Positions 1 through 8,333 are shown, counted from the stretch's first letter. The stretch is 64,000 nt of DNA from Bacteroidia bacterium (GCA_030639005.1 DAOWDN010000057.1:847-64846), one strand, 5' to 3'. Notes: generated by a model from the letters alone, not told the origin. A program made the numbers and translations.

Positions 1-342
1 AGTGACGGCGAATGGAATGAGATGATCAGCTGGATCACTGACCATTGCAGCACCCATACTGTACTTCATGTGAGCAGGTACTATCCTTACTTTAAAATCA
101 ACAAGCCCCCTACTCCACTGGCTACCATTCAACGCTTCCTGGAGATGGCCCGCGAGCAGATAGATTATGTCTACCCCGGAAATACCCATCAGCTTGAAAG
201 TCACACATCTTGTCCCGCATGCGGGAACATGCTTATTGAACGGTTTCTTTACGATACCTCAGTGACCGGCATCGGAGCAGACGGAAATTGCAAGCAGTGC
301 AATCTGAAATTTAAGGGAGTTATAAACGAAACTACACCATGA
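1..342 (+). CDS. amrS: AmmeMemoRadiSam system radical SAM enzyme, C-terminal fragment (5' end outside window)
   Basis: Frame 1 is open from nt 1, with no stop before the listed ORF 22..342. The tail is Cys-rich (CPACG ... CKQC). A 4-nt ATGA overlap joins it to the following Memo-like gene. Assignment rests mainly on the conserved triad context. Confidence 0.6.
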   Translation, partial: SDGEWNEMISWITDHCSTHTVLHVSRYYPYFKINKPPTPLATIQRFLEMAREQIDYVYPGNTHQLESHTSCPACGNMLIERFLYDTSVTGIGADGNCKQCNLKFKGVINETTP

Positions 343-1169
343 GCATACGGAACGCAGCAGTGGAAGGCAGGTTCTATCCTTCCACGAAAAACAGGATCTT
401 TGATCAGATTATGGAGATTGAACAATCAGGAAGGTATCCTGAGCCGGAAGTATCACCCGGCAAGGTATATGGAGCGGTGCTGCCACATGCAGGACATCTG
501 TACTCCGGGTACCAGACCATCCCGTTTTTTCAACTGATCCGAAGGCACAGGATCTTTCCGGATACATTTGTTATTGTACATCCCAACCATTCCGGATTTG
601 GAAAGCCCCTGGCCATTGATGAAGCAACATTGTGGTCCAACTCCATTGGCGAAGTGCCTGTCGATCGGGAACTGGCTGATGCCATGGATCTTCCATTCGA
701 CCTAAAGGCACATGCCCGGGAGCATTCAGCAGAAGTGATCATACCCTTTATGCAGTATTTTCTTGCCGATCATGCTTTTTCTATTGTCCCGGTATGCATG
801 ATGGACCAGAGTTTTAAAAACGCTGCACTGGTCGCAGAGAGAATCAAAAGGGGAGTTGCAAAGACAGGTAGAAAGATCATGCTTATTGCTTCCTGTGATT
901 TTTCACATTTCCTCCCTCCTGCGAAAGGTGCAGCACTTGACCAGACAGTGTTGGACAACATTCTCGACCGGAACGCATCAGGGGTAGAGCAAGCCGTTAT
1001 CAAAAATCGCATCTCTGTATGTGGCTATGGTCCTATCATGTCGCTGATGGAGTATGCCCGATCCAGGGAAAAGAAGTACAAAATTGAGATCCTGGCGCGG
1101 GGACACTCCGGGGAGGTGGTCAGTTCACAGGAAGTAGTTGATTATATTTCCATAATGGCTTATAAATGA
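339..1169 (+). CDS. amrB: AmmeMemoRadiSam system protein B (Memo/MEMO1-like)
   Basis: 276-aa ORF with the Memo-type motifs LPHAGHLYSG and CDFSHF. It overlaps both neighbours by 4 nt, suggesting translational coupling. Confidence 0.85.
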   Translation: MSIRNAAVEGRFYPSTKNRIFDQIMEIEQSGRYPEPEVSPGKVYGAVLPHAGHLYSGYQTIPFFQLIRRHRIFPDTFVIVHPNHSGFGKPLAIDEATLWSNSIGEVPVDRELADAMDLPFDLKAHAREHSAEVIIPFMQYFLADHAFSIVPVCMMDQSFKNAALVAERIKRGVAKTGRKIMLIASCDFSHFLPPAKGAALDQTVLDNILDRNASGVEQAVIKNRISVCGYGPIMSLMEYARSREKKYKIEILARGHSGEVVSSQEVVDYISIMAYK

Positions 1170-1732
1170 TCTTGAGAGAATCAGAGAGGGAAGATTTGCT
1201 TCTGATTGCCAGGGAGGCTATTGCGGCATCCATTGATCCCCGGTTGCATTCATTTTCATCTGCAGCACCTGTTGCAGATGTATTACAGACCAGGTGTGGA
1301 GCTTTTGTATCGCTTTATGTGGACGATAAGCTCAGAGGATGTATAGGAACATTCTCCGAAGAGGAACCCATTTACAGAAATGTAAAAAATATGGCTGTTT
1401 CCGCAGCCACCACCGACACCAGGTTTTCCTCCATTCTTCCTGAAGAGCTGGAGACTCTTGTAATCGAAATCAGTGTGCTTACCCCCCGCTTCCGCATTTA
1501 TGACATCTCAGAAATAGTCATAGGCAAGCACGGCATCTATATGAAACAGGGTATAAACAGAGGTACTCTGCTGCCACAGGTTGCTGTCAGTCAGAACTGG
1601 ACCATAGAAGAACTGCTTGGCAATTGCTCCAGATACAAGGCCGGGATTGGTTGGGAAGGATGGAAAACTGCAGAGTTATATACCTATGAAGCGGTAATTT
1701 TCAGTTCTGCCCCTACTTTTGAAAACTGTTAA
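1166..1732 (+). CDS. amrA: AmmeMemoRadiSam system protein A (AMMECR1 domain)
   Basis: 188-aa ORF with the AMMECR1 hallmark GAFVSLY...LRGCIGT and a later GTLLPQV segment. Confidence 0.85.
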   Translation: MILRESEREDLLLIAREAIAASIDPRLHSFSSAAPVADVLQTRCGAFVSLYVDDKLRGCIGTFSEEEPIYRNVKNMAVSAATTDTRFSSILPEELETLVIEISVLTPRFRIYDISEIVIGKHGIYMKQGINRGTLLPQVAVSQNWTIEELLGNCSRYKAGIGWEGWKTAELYTYEAVIFSSAPTFENC

Positions 1733-1774
1733 TAAATATTAAATTGATAATTTTTTAGTTAATCTATTTGTTAT

Positions 1775-1815
1775 TACGAAAGGCTTCGTATATATTTGCT
1801 ACGAAACACTTCGTA
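1775..1815. promoter_or_regulatory. Double BlaI-type operator flanking a -7 promoter motif
   Basis: Two copies of the dyad TACGAA-N4-TTCGTA lie at 1775-1790 and 1800-1815. They bracket a perfect TAnnTTTG motif (TATATTTG, 1791-1798). The second dyad ends 1 nt before the ATG at 1817. Confidence 0.7.
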
Positions 1816-1816
1816 C

Positions 1817-2188
1817 ATGATAAGTAAACCTACAGATTCTGAGCTTGAAATCCTCCAGCTCCTCTGGGAATTCGGATCGCTGACAGTTCGTGAGCTGAAT
1901 GACAAACTAAATGAAGAGCGAAAGGTGGGTTATACCACCTCTCTGAAAATGATGCAGATCATGACAGAAAAAGGGCTGCTCTCCAGAGATACAGGTGCAC
2001 GTTCACATGTCTACTCTCCTCTCCTTAAGTCCGAGGAGGTGCAATCTACCATGCTGGACCATGTTCTTAAAACTGTTTTCAAAGGGAACAGGTCCAGGCT
2101 CGTACTTCAGGCACTGGGTAACCGGGACGCCTCTCCGGAGGAGATTTTCGAGATTAAATCATTGATCCAAAAGCTGGAGGAGGAGTAG
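1817..2188 (+). CDS. BlaI/MecI/CopY family transcriptional repressor
   Basis: Winged-helix N-terminus (SELEILQLLWEFGSLTVRELNDKL...GYTTSLKMMQIMTEKGLL), about 124 aa. I prefer the ATG at 1817 over the listed TTG at 1796, which lies inside the operator. The stop is 1 nt before the M56 gene. Confidence 0.85.
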   Translation: MISKPTDSELEILQLLWEFGSLTVRELNDKLNEERKVGYTTSLKMMQIMTEKGLLSRDTGARSHVYSPLLKSEEVQSTMLDHVLKTVFKGNRSRLVLQALGNRDASPEEIFEIKSLIQKLEEE

Positions 2189-2189
2189 C

Positions 2190-3788
2190 ATGGATTTATT
2201 TGAGACCACCGGCAGCTTAATAGTCGCGCTTGGAAAGACAATTATACACAGTGTCTGGATCGGGCTGTTGATCCTGGCCATGCTCAGAATGGCTTTACTT
2301 GCCATACCGGGACGACTTTCAAATCTGCGCTATCTTGTTTCTGTTACTTCATTGGTTTTACTGGCAGGAACTGTATTTACCGCCTTTCTCCTGCTCTTCT
2401 CGTCGGGAAGTCCTGCAGGTGGTGATCTCATGATGTTTGAAGCGGTACGATTTGTCCCGCAGATTCTGGTGAAGGAGTCTTCTGCCGGATCACGATTGCA
2501 TCCCAATCTGCTATTCACCCTCTGCAGCTACCTCTATTTTGCCGGAATGGCATTTATGGTGTTCCGCTCCGTGTTCTCCTTTCGATACATCAGGAGCTTG
2601 CGAAACAGCAGTCAGGCAGTTACCAGTGATTGGCAGGAGAAATTGGAGCGTATCTCAAAATCGCTGGGTATCAGAAAAGAAGTAACCTTGCTGCAGTCTA
2701 TTCACCTCACCGGGCCGCTCCTGGTAGGTTTTCTTAAACCAGCCGTGATTGTTCCTGTGGGAATGTTCACACATCTCTCTGTCAGCCAGGTTGAAACCAT
2801 CCTGATACATGAGTTGTATCATCTTAAAAGACTGGATTACCTGGTAAATATCATGCAACTTTTCATGGAAGGAGTTCTCTTTTATAATCCGGCTGCATGG
2901 TACATCTCTGATATAATACGTCAGGAGAGGGAGCATTGCTGTGATGACGGAGTGGTGCAGACAAGCAATGATCCGGTCGACTATGCAAAGGCACTTGTAC
3001 AGCTGGCCGAACAACAGCATTATATCCGTCTGGCACCGGGAGCAGGCGGAAGCAGTAAGGATCACTTTGTTACACGGATTAAAAGAATAATAAACAGAAG
3101 CAACATGAAAAAGAATATGCAAGAAAGGGTGATGTCACTCCTGCTGTTTGTGGGAGCCATCATGGTGGTACTGGTAATTACCGGCTTTAGCTCAGGATTT
3201 TCCATAGTAAAACAATCTGACAGGATCACAGAGATATTGGTTCAACCGGTCGACCCGCTCCCACTGCTCCCTGTGGTTAGTACCACTCCTATACAAGATA
3301 CCATACGCAGTCCTAAAAAACCGGAACCAGCCTCGGATGAGGAGATTGACTGGGACCAGATGAAAGAAGATATTGAGTCTGCCAAGCTGGAGGCCTTGGA
3401 AGAAATTGATTGGGATCAGATCAAAGAAGATATTGAGTCTGCCAAGCAGGATGCATTTGCCGATATTGACTGGGAGGAGATGAAGGCTGAGATGGACTCT
3501 GCCATCCAGGAAATTGATTTTGACTTTGATATGGATTTTGATGTGGATATTGACCTGGAAGCGATCAGAGAAAACATGGAAGAAGCCAGGAGGGAGATGG
3601 AGGAGATTGACTGGGAGAAGATGAAACAAGACATAGAGCTTAGTATTTCAGAGATGCAGATAAATGTGGAGGAGATGAAACGGGAGATTGAAGAATCGAT
3701 CAATGAAATTGACTGGGATGAGATCAGGGAAGATATGAAGAATTCCAGGCGTGAGCTGGATTCCCAGTACATCGAAAAGGATATTTAA
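2190..3788 (+). CDS. M56 family (BlaR1-like) membrane metalloprotease/signal transducer with an acidic C-terminal repeat domain
   Basis: N-terminal TM segments and a zinc motif HELYHLKRLD (HExxH). A further TM (LLLFVGAIMVVLVITGF) is followed by a Pro-rich linker, then 6-7 copies of an (E/D)IDW(D/E)xxKxDxE motif. No penicillin-binding-type sensor domain is recognisable. Confidence 0.85.
   Translation: MDLFETTGSLIVALGKTIIHSVWIGLLILAMLRMALLAIPGRLSNLRYLVSVTSLVLLAGTVFTAFLLLFSSGSPAGGDLMMFEAVRFVPQILVKESSAGSRLHPNLLFTLCSYLYFAGMAFMVFRSVFSFRYIRSLRNSSQAVTSDWQEKLERISKSLGIRKEVTLLQSIHLTGPLLVGFLKPAVIVPVGMFTHLSVSQVETILIHELYHLKRLDYLVNIMQLFMEGVLFYNPAAWYISDIIRQEREHCCDDGVVQTSNDPVDYAKALVQLAEQQHYIRLAPGAGGSSKDHFVTRIKRIINRSNMKKNMQERVMSLLLFVGAIMVVLVITGFSSGFSIVKQSDRITEILVQPVDPLPLLPVVSTTPIQDTIRSPKKPEPASDEEIDWDQMKEDIESAKLEALEEIDWDQIKEDIESAKQDAFADIDWEEMKAEMDSAIQEIDFDFDMDFDVDIDLEAIRENMEEARREMEEIDWEKMKQDIELSISEMQINVEEMKREIEESINEIDWDEIREDMKNSRRELDSQYIEKDI
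3342..3509 (+). repeat. 60-bp (20-aa) in-frame tandem repeats encoding EIDWDQxKEDIESAK...
   Basis: Units at 3342-3401 and 3402-3461 are nearly identical over gattgaYtggga...aaagaagatattgagtctgccaagc. A third shorter unit lies at 3462-3509. More degenerate protein-level copies continue to about 3770. Confidence 0.85.
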
Positions 3789-3792
3789 AGAA

Positions 3793-3823
3793 TTTGGTAT
3801 TTAAAATATATCCTCTATATTTG
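3793..3823 (+). promoter_or_regulatory. Candidate Bacteroidota sigma-A promoter (-33 TTTG / -7 TAnnTTTG)
   Basis: TTTG at 3793-3796 and TATATTTG at 3816-3823 are separated by 19 nt. The site lies just after the blaR1-like stop codon. Motif match only. Confidence 0.35.
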
Positions 3824-3891
3824 CTTGCACAGTATTGTAACAGACTACCACAAGATAGTCACTTACCCTAAGACTAAATCTGTGATGGAGG

Positions 3892-3926
3892 ATCCCGGTT
3901 CATAAAAGAGCCGGGATTTTCTTTTA
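3892..3926 (+). terminator. Rho-independent terminator
   Basis: The stem atcccgg (3892-3898) / ccgggat (3911-3917) has a 12-nt loop and is followed by ttttctttt. Confidence 0.65.
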
Positions 3927-4056
3927 TAGTATAATGTATTGTAATTCAAATTATTACAATCAATCCCCCCCTGGCGTATATTTTACACTTACCTTTTTTG
4001 GCATCGATTTTGAATTTACATAAGCAAAGATGTAAAACTTTAAACACCGGGAAATC

Positions 4057-5082
4057 ATGAAAACCAAGCAATACACTATCGCAATGCTGATAGCCCTGGT
4101 TTTTGCAACAGCATCCATCCAGGCACAGACAGCACGACGTCCGAATACACAGGAAAAGAAGGAACGGGCGAAAACAACAAGAACCCACGTAAGAGAGAAC
4201 TCCTCCAAGAAGGCAAGGTCCACACAACCTGCCCGCAAGGTGAATACCCAGCAGGCCAGCAAGCAGAGGGCTACCGCTCCTGCCCGCAAGGTGAATACCC
4301 AGCAGGCCAGCAAGCAGAGGGCTACCGCTCCTGCCCGCAAAGTGAATACCCAGCAGGCCAACAAGCAGAGGGCTACCGCTCCTGCCCGCAAAGTGAATAC
4401 CCAGCAGGCCAGCAAGCAGAGGGCTACCGCTCCTGCCCGAAAGGTATCCACTCCGGCACGTAGACCTGCGAGCATGACCACGGCGAACAACACACGCAGT
4501 AGCTATCGCAAACCTACAAACAAGGTATATGCTGAACCGCGTTACTCTGCACCTGCAAATACCAGGAAGTACCACAACAGGCACTACTACGGAGGGCATT
4601 ACTATCACTATGCATACCCTACCAGGAAGGTGAAATTTCATTACCACCACGATACCTATATCCACCACTACAATGTGCTCTACTATCCTTCATACACCAA
4701 TATTTACTGGACCAGGAGCATGTACCGCAACTATCACAGGTGGTATCCCGAGTTTCGCTGGAACTACAACTACGGACACAGGATCCAGACCATCTCTGTC
4801 TTTGATGCACAATACAACCTGGGTGAGGTAGCCATGGTATACGGAAGGGTTTACGCCACCTGGCACAACAAGGAGACTGATGACTACCTGCTCTTCTTCG
4901 GCGGAGACTTCCCCTACCAGCAGTTCACAGTAGTTTTACCAGGATATGTGGCTCGGAAATTCAGCTGGAGACCGGAAAGATACTTTCTTGGAGAGCACAT
5001 CACCACCACAGGTTTGATCACCACCTTCGACGGATCCCCTGAGATAGTAGTGAAGAACAAACGCCAGGTTGGAATCTACTAA
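4057..5082 (+). CDS. Secreted repeat protein: basic Q/K/R/A repeats, a Tyr/His-rich segment and a C-terminal globular domain (family not recognised)
   Basis: Signal peptide MKTKQYTIAMLIALVFATASIQAQ. Then 4.3 copies of PARKVNTQQASKQRATA. Then a Y/H-rich stretch (HYYGGHYYHYAYP...HYHHDTYIHHY). The last ~90 aa are non-repetitive (GEVAMVYGRVYATWH...ITTTGLITTFDGSPEIVVKN). Confidence 0.8.
   Translation: MKTKQYTIAMLIALVFATASIQAQTARRPNTQEKKERAKTTRTHVRENSSKKARSTQPARKVNTQQASKQRATAPARKVNTQQASKQRATAPARKVNTQQANKQRATAPARKVNTQQASKQRATAPARKVSTPARRPASMTTANNTRSSYRKPTNKVYAEPRYSAPANTRKYHNRHYYGGHYYHYAYPTRKVKFHYHHDTYIHHYNVLYYPSYTNIYWTRSMYRNYHRWYPEFRWNYNYGHRIQTISVFDAQYNLGEVAMVYGRVYATWHNKETDDYLLFFGGDFPYQQFTVVLPGYVARKFSWRPERYFLGEHITTTGLITTFDGSPEIVVKNKRQVGIY
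4228..4445 (+). repeat. 51-bp near-perfect in-frame tandem repeat, about 4.3 copies
   Basis: The unit is cctgcccgcaaRgtgaatacccagcaggccaRcaagcagagggctaccgct. Copies lie at 4228, 4279, 4330 and 4381, with a partial copy at 4432. Only 1-2 substitutions separate copies. Confidence 0.95.
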
Positions 5083-5103
5083 CAAAACCCGCTGCAGCGC
5101 AGC
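5083..5103 (-). terminator. Candidate terminator for the minus-strand DUF4249/TonB receptor operon
   Basis: On the minus strand, GCTGC-GCT-GCAGC is followed by GGGTTTTGTT. The stem is short. Confidence 0.35.
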
Positions 5104-5105
5104 AC

Positions 5106-5134
5106 AAGGCCATCCAAATCGGGTGGCCTTTTTC
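5106..5134 (+). terminator. Rho-independent terminator after the repeat-protein gene
   Basis: The stem aaggcca (5106-5112) / tggcctt (5124-5130) is followed by a T run (ttttt). Confidence 0.65.
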
Positions 5135-6000
5135 TATGGTTCGTGGATGGTGGAGGCCCTTAGAATGGAATAGGCTGCGAAAATGCCCATGCCACCGTTG
5201 CTTATGTTGGACCTGATATTGGCCGAAGGGCCTGAAAACAGGGGAATGTTTCCCACCATTTCCAGCTGTGCATCGATCACAAAATCGTAGTAAGCCTGGT
5301 CGATGCTCTCCAGTTCAAAGGTGATAGTATCGCCTGGATGCACTGCCTGACTCGGAACATCATCACTCAGGAAACCGACGGGAAAACCAGGCAGATCGCC
5401 GCTGTCGAAAAGATCATCGGAAAATACAGTGTAACTCGAAAGTGAATCGGTGAGCAACACCTTGTTCTTCCAGATTCTGAAACCGAACCGGTCTCTCTGG
5501 TCCACAGGATGGCTGGCATACATCAGCACCTGGTAGCCGGAGATAATGGGTGTTGTGAAGTATCTCAGGGCAATGCTGTGCAGTTCGGCCCCTCCGGGCA
5601 TGGTACTCTCCGCATGGTAGTCATCGTAAAGTCCATCTTCATCCAGATCCACATTGCTAATATCAAGTTCATAGCTGGTCCCCGGTACCCCTCTGAATGC
5701 TTCTGCTGTTTCGTAGAGACCCGGGATGGTCATGTTTTCTGCAAGTGTAAGGGTCTGATCATTGAAGGAGAGTTCCACCACTGCTCCGGAGACCCTGGGA
5801 GAGGGCATATTTGCAAAATAGTCGCTGGACGTGGTGAGGATGATCCGGTGCCTGATCGAATCGGTGGTCACAGCTCCCTGCACCACCAGCCTCTGATAGG
5901 TGGAATCCAGCTCAATATCGATCCTTTCGGTACACGACGCGATCAGCAGTGTGAACAGCAGGATCAAAGTGTAATTGCGATATGTTTTAAACCAAGCCAT
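5134..6000 (-). CDS. DUF4249-like lipoprotein (usual partner of the upstream TonB-dependent receptor)
   Basis: Signal peptide with a lipobox-like LLIASC. It overlaps the upstream receptor gene by 1 nt. The family name is inferred from size and context. Confidence 0.6.
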   Translation of the reverse strand: MAWFKTYRNYTLILLFTLLIASCTERIDIELDSTYQRLVVQGAVTTDSIRHRIILTTSSDYFANMPSPRVSGAVVELSFNDQTLTLAENMTIPGLYETAEAFRGVPGTSYELDISNVDLDEDGLYDDYHAESTMPGGAELHSIALRYFTTPIISGYQVLMYASHPVDQRDRFGFRIWKNKVLLTDSLSSYTVFSDDLFDSGDLPGFPVGFLSDDVPSQAVHPGDTITFELESIDQAYYDFVIDAQLEMVGNIPLFSGPSANIRSNISNGGMGIFAAYSILRASTIHEP

Positions 6001-8333
6001 CAGAACTTGAAATTGTAAGTGATGGCCGGAACTATTGAAAACAGGTAAGTCATCTCTGCGTAAGTTACATCAGGATTGGCCTCGTCCTGAACAAAATTAA
6101 GGGTCCAGATATTTTTGCGGGCGTAAGCATTGTAAGCCGAAAAATTCCACTCCCCTCTCCAGCGTTTTCCTGGTTTTTGTTTGCCCCTGATGGTGAATGA
6201 AAGATCGAGCCGGTGATAATCGGGTAGTCTGTACTCATTTCTCCCGGTGTAAACGGGAAGGATGTTCCCCATCACCTCGTACCTCCCTGCAGGCATTGTG
6301 TACGGAATTCCTGTACTGTAAATCCAGTTTGCTGCCACACTGATTCTGGGACTTACATCATAGGTCAGAACCAGGGCAAGGTCATGTGGTTTATCGTAGG
6401 GAGCGGGATACGGGTTTCCCTCATTGATATCGGGGAATTCCCTGATGGTCCTTGAGAGGGTGTAACTGATCCATCCTGAGAACCCCTCCTTTTCGTATTT
6501 TATATAGATCTCGGCTCCGTAGGAAGTGGCCTCACCAATTCTGATCTCTCCCTCCAGCCTGGGATTCAGCAACAGCTGGGCATGATCCCTGAAGTCGATG
6601 GAGTTGCTCATCATCTTATAATAGAGTTCGACCGAGGTTTCCAGAGAATGATCCATAAAATTCCGAAAATACCCCACCGATACCTGGTCGGAGATCTGTG
6701 GTTTTATGTTCGGAGAGGATGGGTACCAGATCTCAAGGGGGGTACCCGCACTGGAGTTACTTGCCAGCTGAATGTACTGCCTGGTCCTTGCGTAACTGGC
6801 CTTAAGCGATTGCTGATCGTTCAGAATGTAGTTGGCCGCAAATCTAGGTTCAAGCCCGTGGTAACTATTGAAAAAATCACCCTTTTCATAGAGGATCGAA
6901 TCAGTGACCTGGTATTCATCATCATATTCATATACGGTGGCCAGTCCCACATTGTGAAACATGGAATATCTGAGTCCGTACCGGATCGAGAACTTCTCTC
7001 CCAGGTCAGATTCTCCTGAAAAGTAGATACCATTGTCCAGGGAGTGGTTGTGAGGAAGTACCGATGTCATGGTAATATCGCCCTGTTCTGCTTCGATGGT
7101 ACCCGGCTTGATTCCGTGATAGGTGGCCCAACCACCAAAACGGAAGGTGTGTTCGGGTGAAGGATACCAGATGAAATCCCCTTTTACCCCGTAGTCGTTC
7201 AGCACGGACATCCAGTTGAAATATTGGGAGGAGCCCTCCGGTGTCCCCAGATCGTAGAAATAATGGGAATTAATCAGAGTGAAATTGCTGAATAATTTCT
7301 TGGTGAATAGATGGTTCCAGCGCATTGTAAAGGTGCGGTTCCCAAAAAACATCCCGGCAAAGTCGTTGGCAAACACATCTTTTCCGTAATAGCTGGAGAA
7401 ATAGATCCGGTTCCGGTCGTTAATGATGTAATTCACCTTTCCGTTCAGGTCAAAAAAATAGAGTCTGTTCTGATTGATTGCATCGTTTCCGGAAAATTTC
7501 AGGAACAGATCGGCATAGGTTCTCCGGGCTGACAGGAGAAACGAGACTTTTTCAGATACAATGGGACCTTCGAGGGTAAGGCGGCTGGCGATGGTACCTA
7601 TACCACCGCTTGCTGAGAACTGCTTCCGGTTCCCCTCTTTCATCCTCACATCCAGCAAGGATGCCAGTCTTCCACCCGCACTGGCTGGGATGTCTCCTTT
7701 ATAGAGCTTGACATCCTTGATTGCATCGTTGTTGAACACAGAGAAGAACCCGATCAGGTGACTGGCATTATAAACCGTGGCCTCGTCCAGCAGAATCAGA
7801 TTCTGATCCCGACCTCCTCCCCTCACACTGAATCCCGACGATCCTTCACTGGTTACCTGAACCCCCGGTAGCAGCTGAATCGCTTTAATGATATCCACCT
7901 CACCCAGAAATGCTGGAATTTTCCGGATGGTCTGGATGGCCAGCCTGTTGGATCCGGTCTCTAACTTGGTAATATTGGCATTGTCTCTATCAGCCCTTAT
8001 GGTAACCTCCTCCAGCTCAAGGGTCGACTCCGTTAATTCAACATTGAAAACCATGTCATTGTTCAGCTGAATGGGCCTGGAAACGCTTCCATACCCCAAA
8101 TAGGCATAGACCAGGGTATAGAAATCGGATTTCATTGAAAGAGAATAGTAACCGTATTCATTGGAAGTGGTCCCGGCACCACTGTTCATTATGGCCACAG
8201 TGGCCCCAATTAACTCCTCTCCCGTGGCAGCATCACGAACATATCCGCTCACAGTAAAATTTACTTGTGCTTCAACAACAATGGAGACAAAAAGAGAAAC
8301 CAGAATCAAACCGGTTTTTAGCATCCTCAGCAT
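6000..8333 (-). CDS. TonB-dependent receptor with N-terminal carboxypeptidase-regulatory-like domain
   Basis: After the signal peptide comes VSGYVRDAATGEELIGATV (CarbopepD_reg-like). A plug region follows (LLPGVQVTSEGSSGFSVRGG), then a long beta-barrel ending in the aromatic terminus ...TYNFKF. The start is placed at Met13 of the listed ORF; 8369 and 8324 are alternatives. Confidence 0.9.
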   Translation of the reverse strand: MLRMLKTGLILVSLFVSIVVEAQVNFTVSGYVRDAATGEELIGATVAIMNSGAGTTSNEYGYYSLSMKSDFYTLVYAYLGYGSVSRPIQLNNDMVFNVELTESTLELEEVTIRADRDNANITKLETGSNRLAIQTIRKIPAFLGEVDIIKAIQLLPGVQVTSEGSSGFSVRGGGRDQNLILLDEATVYNASHLIGFFSVFNNDAIKDVKLYKGDIPASAGGRLASLLDVRMKEGNRKQFSASGGIGTIASRLTLEGPIVSEKVSFLLSARRTYADLFLKFSGNDAINQNRLYFFDLNGKVNYIINDRNRIYFSSYYGKDVFANDFAGMFFGNRTFTMRWNHLFTKKLFSNFTLINSHYFYDLGTPEGSSQYFNWMSVLNDYGVKGDFIWYPSPEHTFRFGGWATYHGIKPGTIEAEQGDITMTSVLPHNHSLDNGIYFSGESDLGEKFSIRYGLRYSMFHNVGLATVYEYDDEYQVTDSILYEKGDFFNSYHGLEPRFAANYILNDQQSLKASYARTRQYIQLASNSSAGTPLEIWYPSSPNIKPQISDQVSVGYFRNFMDHSLETSVELYYKMMSNSIDFRDHAQLLLNPRLEGEIRIGEATSYGAEIYIKYEKEGFSGWISYTLSRTIREFPDINEGNPYPAPYDKPHDLALVLTYDVSPRISVAANWIYSTGIPYTMPAGRYEVMGNILPVYTGRNEYRLPDYHRLDLSFTIRGKQKPGKRWRGEWNFSAYNAYARKNIWTLNFVQDEANPDVTYAEMTYLFSIVPAITYNFKF

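Noticed and set aside
3946-4668. 240-aa and 177-aa minus-strand ORFs (3946..4668 and 3960..4493) with striking internal repeats (AGRSGSPLLAGLLGIH...).
   Set aside because: They are the antisense reading of the 51-bp tandem repeat in the plus-strand gene 4057..5082. That gene has a proper signal peptide, start context and terminator. The repeats keep the antisense frames open by chance.
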